Part shown: positions 59,679 through 64,000 of the stretch, in pieces
How the letters are laid out: each line of letters begins with the position of its first letter
How positions within the stretch are numbered: the stretch's first letter is position 1
NCBI GenBank assembly: GCA_032128115.1
Contig: JAQBHB010000041.1
Location: 96,001-160,000, forward strand
Direction of reading: 5' to 3'
DNA: 64,000 nt
DNA from: Deltaproteobacteria bacterium
GTDB lineage: Bacteria > Myxococcota_A > UBA9160 > SMWR01
Translations under genes and position numbers: made by a program
The notes under the pieces: generated by a model
The model's input: only the letters and a program-made list of their open reading frames with translations
Database searches by the model: none
Told to the model about the DNA's origin: nothing

Positions 59679-60878
59679 ACTGCGCTTCGCCAGTAGCTCG
59701 AACGTCGCGATCTCTCGTGAGCAGTTGATGCGGATGGCGGGACCTCCCACGCCGAGGCCGCGATTCACGTACAGGGTGGAGCCGTTGCGCCGGTAGATCC
59801 CGCGGGTGAAGCCCGAAACCAGCCGGGCCAGGTTGTAACGGCCGCCGGGAGTCGGCAGTGCCAGCTGTCCCCCGTGGGTATGACCTGCCAGCACCAGGGG
59901 GAATCCCAGGCGCGCGGCCTGGGGAAAGGCCTGGGGTCGGTGGACGAGCAGCACCACCGGGGCGCCGTCCGGCGTGGCGTCTGCCACCACCTGCATGCCC
60001 GCAAGCTCCAGCTCGCGATCGGACCAGTGGTGTCCGGGATCCTCGACGCCCGCCAGATACAGGGTTTCGTCCAGCGGGAGCCGCACCACCTCGTCGCGCA
60101 GCAACCTGATGTTGGGCGCGAAGCGGGCCAGACCCTCCGCCACCCGGTCGGCGCCCGTGTAGTAGTCGTGGTTACCCAGAACGGCGTAGACACCGTGGCG
60201 CGCACGCAGGGAGGCCAGCCCACGCGCTCCTTGTTCGATGACGGCCGGGTCGAAGTCGAAGATGTCTCCGGTGATTGCGATGGCGTCGGGCTCGAGGGCG
60301 TTGGTGCGCTCCACCATGCGTGCGAGCTTCGCGCCCTGCATGCGGTTGCCGATGTGGAGATCGCTGATCTGCACCAGGCGGAAGCCGTCCAGATCCGGAT
60401 GTAGCCCGGGAAGCTCTACGCGCACGCGAGGCCGCGCCACGATGGCCTGCCCCCCGGTAAATCCCCACAACACCAACGCAGTGGAGCTGCCCACCAGGGC
60501 CAGGCTTCCCGCGCGGAAGGCCCCGAAAATCGCGTCGAAGCCAACACCCAGCAGCGATGCCAATCCCCAGCCGGGCAGGAACAGCAGCCACGCAGCGGTC
60601 ACCACCAGGCCAAGCAGCAACGTCGCCACCGCCAGCGCCAGATAGCAGCGTGCCACGAAGCCGCTGATGCCACCGCGGCGGCGTCCGTTTCGCACCGCGG
60701 GCGCCAGCAGCGCGTTTCCCGCCACCAGCGCAACCGCCGCAGCGAATCCCATGCCGGGACCGAATGGTGTAATGCCCGTCACCACGATTCCGGCCCAATG
60801 CACCACGAGAACCTGGGCTGCGCCAAGCATCAGCGCGAGGTTCAGCACCAGATTCTCGAACAGCAGGCGTTGCAACAT
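59667..60878 (-). CDS. Membrane-anchored metallophosphoesterase (YkuE-like)
   Basis: SDLH, TGD, GNHD, GHTHGGQ and VNRGLG. Start at 60878 or 60911. Confidence 0.9.
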   Translation of the reverse strand: MLQRLLFENLVLNLALMLGAAQVLVVHWAGIVVTGITPFGPGMGFAAAVALVAGNALLAPAVRNGRRRGGISGFVARCYLALAVATLLLGLVVTAAWLLFLPGWGLASLLGVGFDAIFGAFRAGSLALVGSSTALVLWGFTGGQAIVARPRVRVELPGLHPDLDGFRLVQISDLHIGNRMQGAKLARMVERTNALEPDAIAITGDIFDFDPAVIEQGARGLASLRARHGVYAVLGNHDYYTGADRVAEGLARFAPNIRLLRDEVVRLPLDETLYLAGVEDPGHHWSDRELELAGMQVVADATPDGAPVVLLVHRPQAFPQAARLGFPLVLAGHTHGGQLALPTPGGRYNLARLVSGFTRGIYRRNGSTLYVNRGLGVGGPAIRINCSREIATFELLAKRSSGS

Positions 60879-60979
60879 CGGACGCGAAACGAGCAGCGTG
60901 ATCTCCGTCACGAGAGTCCCGTCGGTGAATCGACGGAGCCGGCGAGCACCGGGAGTCTAGCTTCGGTAGCCTTACGCGC

Positions 60980-61333
60980 ATGCCGCGGGCCAATCCTCCT
61001 TTCGTCGAGGGCCGCGTCATCCAACTTCGGCAGCTCCTCGACAAGGATCCCGCTGACGAGATCGGATGGTTCGGCCTGGGTCGCGCGCTGCTCGACCTGG
61101 GACGCCCCGGCGAAGCGGTGGAGCCCTTCCGCCGCGCGGTCGCCCTCAAGCGTGACTACACCGCCGCCTATCGAGATCTGGGACGAGCTCTCCTGGAGTC
61201 GGGCCAGCACGTGGAGGCCGCCGAGGTCTTTGCGCGCGCCGTGTGTCTGGCCGAGCAGACCGGCGACGTCCAGACAGGCCGGGAGATCCACGTCGTCTTG
61301 CGCCGCGCGGAATCCCAGCTACGGGAAAACTGA
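60980..61333 (+). CDS. TPR protein
   Basis: F.LG..L....A...F..A......YTAAY..LG TPR pattern. Confidence 0.8.
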   Translation: MPRANPPFVEGRVIQLRQLLDKDPADEIGWFGLGRALLDLGRPGEAVEPFRRAVALKRDYTAAYRDLGRALLESGQHVEAAEVFARAVCLAEQTGDVQTGREIHVVLRRAESQLREN

Positions 61334-61365
61334 TTCCCAACGCCCGTCAGGCGTATACTCGGCCC

Positions 61366-61692
61366 ATGCCCGACGCCCGTTCGCTCTACAAAGAAGGCTT
61401 CCAACACTTCGCGAACGATCGCCTGGACGAAGCCATCGCCTGCTACGACCGCGCCCTCGAGGCGGACCCGGAGCTGGCCATCGCGTGGAACGGGCTCTCC
61501 ATGGCGTATCGCAACAAGGGCGATCTGGACCGGGCCATCCAGGCGGCGCGGCGCCTGATCGAGCTCGAGCCCGACGACGCCCTGAGTCACACCAATCTGT
61601 CGATCCTTCTCCAGAACAAGGGGATGGTTCCAGAGGCCGAGGAGGCCATGGCGGTGGCGACAAGGCTCCAGATGAAATCCCAGGGAGCCTGA
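61366..61692 (+). CDS. TPR protein
   Basis: AI..Y.RALE.DP...AW..L and LEPDD..SHTNLS. Confidence 0.82.
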   Translation: MPDARSLYKEGFQHFANDRLDEAIACYDRALEADPELAIAWNGLSMAYRNKGDLDRAIQAARRLIELEPDDALSHTNLSILLQNKGMVPEAEEAMAVATRLQMKSQGA

Positions 61693-61700
61693 GCCCGAGC

Positions 61701-62363
61701 ATGGCTGCCGAACCGAAATCGTTTCACCTGGCGCCGGAGGTCCACTCCTATCTCGTGGAACACGGCACGCCGCCCGACGAAATCCAACGCGCACTGATCG
61801 AGGAGACCCGCAAGCTCGGCGGCGTGTCCATCATGCAGATCGCACCCGAGCAGGGCGCCTTCATGACGCTCCTGACGCGAGCCATCGGGGCCAGACGCGC
61901 CATCGAGGTGGGCACCTTCACGGGTTACTCGGCCCTGTGCATCGCCCGGGGGCTCCCCGAGGACGGGAAGCTCATCTGCTGCGACGTGAGCGAGGAGTGG
62001 ACGTCGGTGGGTCGCACGTACTGGGAGAAGGCCGGCGTCGCCCACAAGATCGATCTCCGCATCGCTCCGGCGCTCGAAACCCTGCGAGCGCTTCCCCGCA
62101 GCCAGGACCTGGACCTGGCCTTCATCGATGCGGACAAGCCCAGCTATCGCGATTACTACGAGGAGATCCTGGTTCGCATGCGCCCGGGCGGCGTGATCCT
62201 GGTGGACAACGTCCTGTGGATGGGAGCGGTCGTGGATCCGTCGGTCAACGACGACCAGACCCGTGCGATCCGGGACTTCAACGACCGCGTAACCGCCGAT
62301 GAGCGCGTGGACACGGTGATGCTCGCCGTCTCGGACGGACTCACGCTGCTCCGGAAGCGCTGA
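61701..62363 (+). CDS. Class I SAM-dependent O-methyltransferase (caffeoyl-CoA/COMT family)
   Basis: EVGTFTGYS, FIDADK and DNVLW.G. Confidence 0.92.
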   Translation: MAAEPKSFHLAPEVHSYLVEHGTPPDEIQRALIEETRKLGGVSIMQIAPEQGAFMTLLTRAIGARRAIEVGTFTGYSALCIARGLPEDGKLICCDVSEEWTSVGRTYWEKAGVAHKIDLRIAPALETLRALPRSQDLDLAFIDADKPSYRDYYEEILVRMRPGGVILVDNVLWMGAVVDPSVNDDQTRAIRDFNDRVTADERVDTVMLAVSDGLTLLRKR

Positions 62364-63312
62364 CGTCCACACCGGCTCCCTCCTCGGGATCGCCGCGAAG
62401 CGCCCGACACAGCGCGCGAAAATCCGCCGCATCCGGGCATGCGACCTCCACGTCCTCGAACCGGATCCCCGCCGCGTGCAACATGTGCCGGGGCGCCCGC
62501 TCGGCGGCCTGGGGTCCATAGGTGGCATCGCCAAGCACCGGAAAGCCCAGATGGGCCAGGGTTGCCCGGATCTGGTGCAGGAAGCCGGTCCGGGGCCACA
62601 CCTCCACCAGGCTGGTTTCCGCGTGGACCTCCAGGGGCCGCCAACGCATCTGGCCGAGACGTGCGCCCGGCGTCAGCTCGCCCTCCGCCAGCACCCGCAC
62701 CCGGGCCGGCCGGTGGCGAGCGGTGACGAGCGGAAGCGAAATCTCGCCTTCCTCCAGAAGGCGGCCCGCCACCAGTGCCCGGTAGCGCTTCTCCACGCTG
62801 TGTTCCCGGAAGGCACTGCGCAGGCGCTGCCAGGCGGACTCCTGGGTTGCGAACAGCAGGGCGCCCGAGGTCTCCACATCCAGGCGGTGGACCACTCCGC
62901 TGCGAAGACCCCCTTCGCCCACGCCATGGACTTCCGGGTGTCGCGCAATCAAGGCGTTCAGGACCGTTCCCCCCTCCTGCTCCCGCAGCGGATGCACTGG
63001 CATCCCGGCCGCCTTGTCGATTGCCAGCCAACCCTCCCCCCGAGCCAGCACGATCAGCTCGAGATCCGGTTGGGCCACCGCCTGCTGATTTTCGGGGCGA
63101 ACGAAGGGTGCCACCTGGACGCTGGCGCCGGGCACCAGGGGCGTGCCCTTGCCCGAGGCCGACACCCGGCGGCCGTCCAGGGTCACGGCCTCGCGGGCCA
63201 GCAGGCGCCTGGCCTGGGAGCGCGAGAGCTGCAGCTTCTCGGCCAGGAATACGTCGAGGCGCCGGCCGCGATCCTGCTCCGACACCTGAAGCGAACGGGG
63301 GGATGCGTCCAT
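62341..63312 (-). CDS. RluA-family pseudouridine synthase with S4 domain
   Basis: RLD.FL, K.AGM.VHP, HRLDVETSG, TG..HQIR and GD..YG. Confidence 0.92.
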   Translation of the reverse strand: MDASPRSLQVSEQDRGRRLDVFLAEKLQLSRSQARRLLAREAVTLDGRRVSASGKGTPLVPGASVQVAPFVRPENQQAVAQPDLELIVLARGEGWLAIDKAAGMPVHPLREQEGGTVLNALIARHPEVHGVGEGGLRSGVVHRLDVETSGALLFATQESAWQRLRSAFREHSVEKRYRALVAGRLLEEGEISLPLVTARHRPARVRVLAEGELTPGARLGQMRWRPLEVHAETSLVEVWPRTGFLHQIRATLAHLGFPVLGDATYGPQAAERAPRHMLHAAGIRFEDVEVACPDAADFRALCRALRGDPEEGAGVDVSASGAA

Positions 63313-63493
63313 ACAGCCGATTCTAGTGCCTCCTGAGCCCGCTCACGGGCGCGCAGCAGGTACGCAGCCAGGCGTCTGCGCTCTGCGGGTCCGATCGGGC
63401 CGGGGGCGTGCAGCCCCACGCCCTTACTGATAGCGTGTATCGTGTAGACCCCCTGCAAGACCGGGAACCTCCCAGGCCCGGTCGTCAGCCGAC

Positions 63494-64000
63494 ATGCGAT
63501 CGAACCCGAATCAAAACGCCGATCATCGCGTCGCCGAAAACCGCGTCGCCGTAATGGACGTGACCCTGCGGGACGGGGAGCAGACCCCCGACGTGGCGTA
63601 CACGGCCGCCGAGAAGTTCCAGCTGGCGCGCCTGCTGCTGGAGGACCTGGGCGTCGACCGCATCGAGATCGGTCAGACCCGGGTCTCCGAGGGCGAGCGC
63701 GAGGCCGTAGGCATCATCACCGATTGGGCGCGCAAGGAGCGAGCGCTGCCGCGGGTGGAGATCCTCGGCTATTGCGATGGCCGCACCTCGGTGGACTGGA
63801 TCCTGGAGGCCGGGGGCAAGGTCCTGAACCTGCTGGTCAAGGGCTCCGAGCTCCACTGCCGCCAGCAGCTGGGCGCCTCCCCGGAGCGGCACAGGGCGCG
63901 GGTGGCGGAAACCGTGGGTTACGCCCACCAGAAGCGTCTGCTGGTGAACGTCTACCTGGAAGACTGGTCCAACGGCGTCCGCGATTCCTTCGACTACGTA
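63494..64000 (+). CDS. cimA: Citramalate synthase / isopropylmalate synthase family (partial; runs off the window end)
   Basis: Not in the ORF track. Manual translation gives ...MDVTLRDGEQTP...EK..LA..LL..LGVDRIEI...RVSEGE...NLLVKGS..HC..QL...NVYLEDWSNG, a Leptospira/Bacteroidetes CimA-like pattern. Confidence 0.8.
   Translation, partial: MRSNPNQNADHRVAENRVAVMDVTLRDGEQTPDVAYTAAEKFQLARLLLEDLGVDRIEIGQTRVSEGEREAVGIITDWARKERALPRVEILGYCDGRTSVDWILEAGGKVLNLLVKGSELHCRQQLGASPERHRARVAETVGYAHQKRLLVNVYLEDWSNGVRDSFDYV

Overview
A high-GC (about 69% by eye), gene-dense chromosomal segment from a diderm bacterium (Pal, GT9 heptosyltransferase-like, SppA). The gene repertoire suggests a Myxococcota/deltaproteobacteria-like lineage, which is an inference. 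It holds about 62 mostly housekeeping or metabolic CDSs: RNase D, pepP, acs, mutY, aroC, a metB-like lyase, thiC with a TPP riboswitch, cofG/cofH, folB, argD, a DinG-exonuclease fusion, pal, archaeal-type asd, thiI, an ECF sigma/anti-sigma/DUF3106 module, sppA, an RluA-family synthase, a partial cimA-like gene and a cluster of membrane glycosyltransferases. I saw no tRNA, rRNA, CRISPR array, prophage or transposase. Five observations stand out. (1) A full-length orphan DnaA paralogue has lost its arginine finger and has a rewritten DNA-recognition helix; it sits next to a Lon-N protein, a Wss1/WLM-like protease and a 66-aa acidic protein. (2) A well-formed sigma54 promoter drives no conventional gene, only a structured ~140-170 nt RNA or a ~20-aa peptide convergent on RNase D. 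(3) TANNNT -10 boxes lie 6-9 nt before at least 14 start codons, a leaderless-mRNA signature. (4) A thiolase-fold protein lacks its catalytic Cys and is fused to a DUF35-like OB fold. (5) A perfect 30-bp inverted repeat resembles a REPIN or MITE. All functional calls come from motif recognition by eye; no database search was run.
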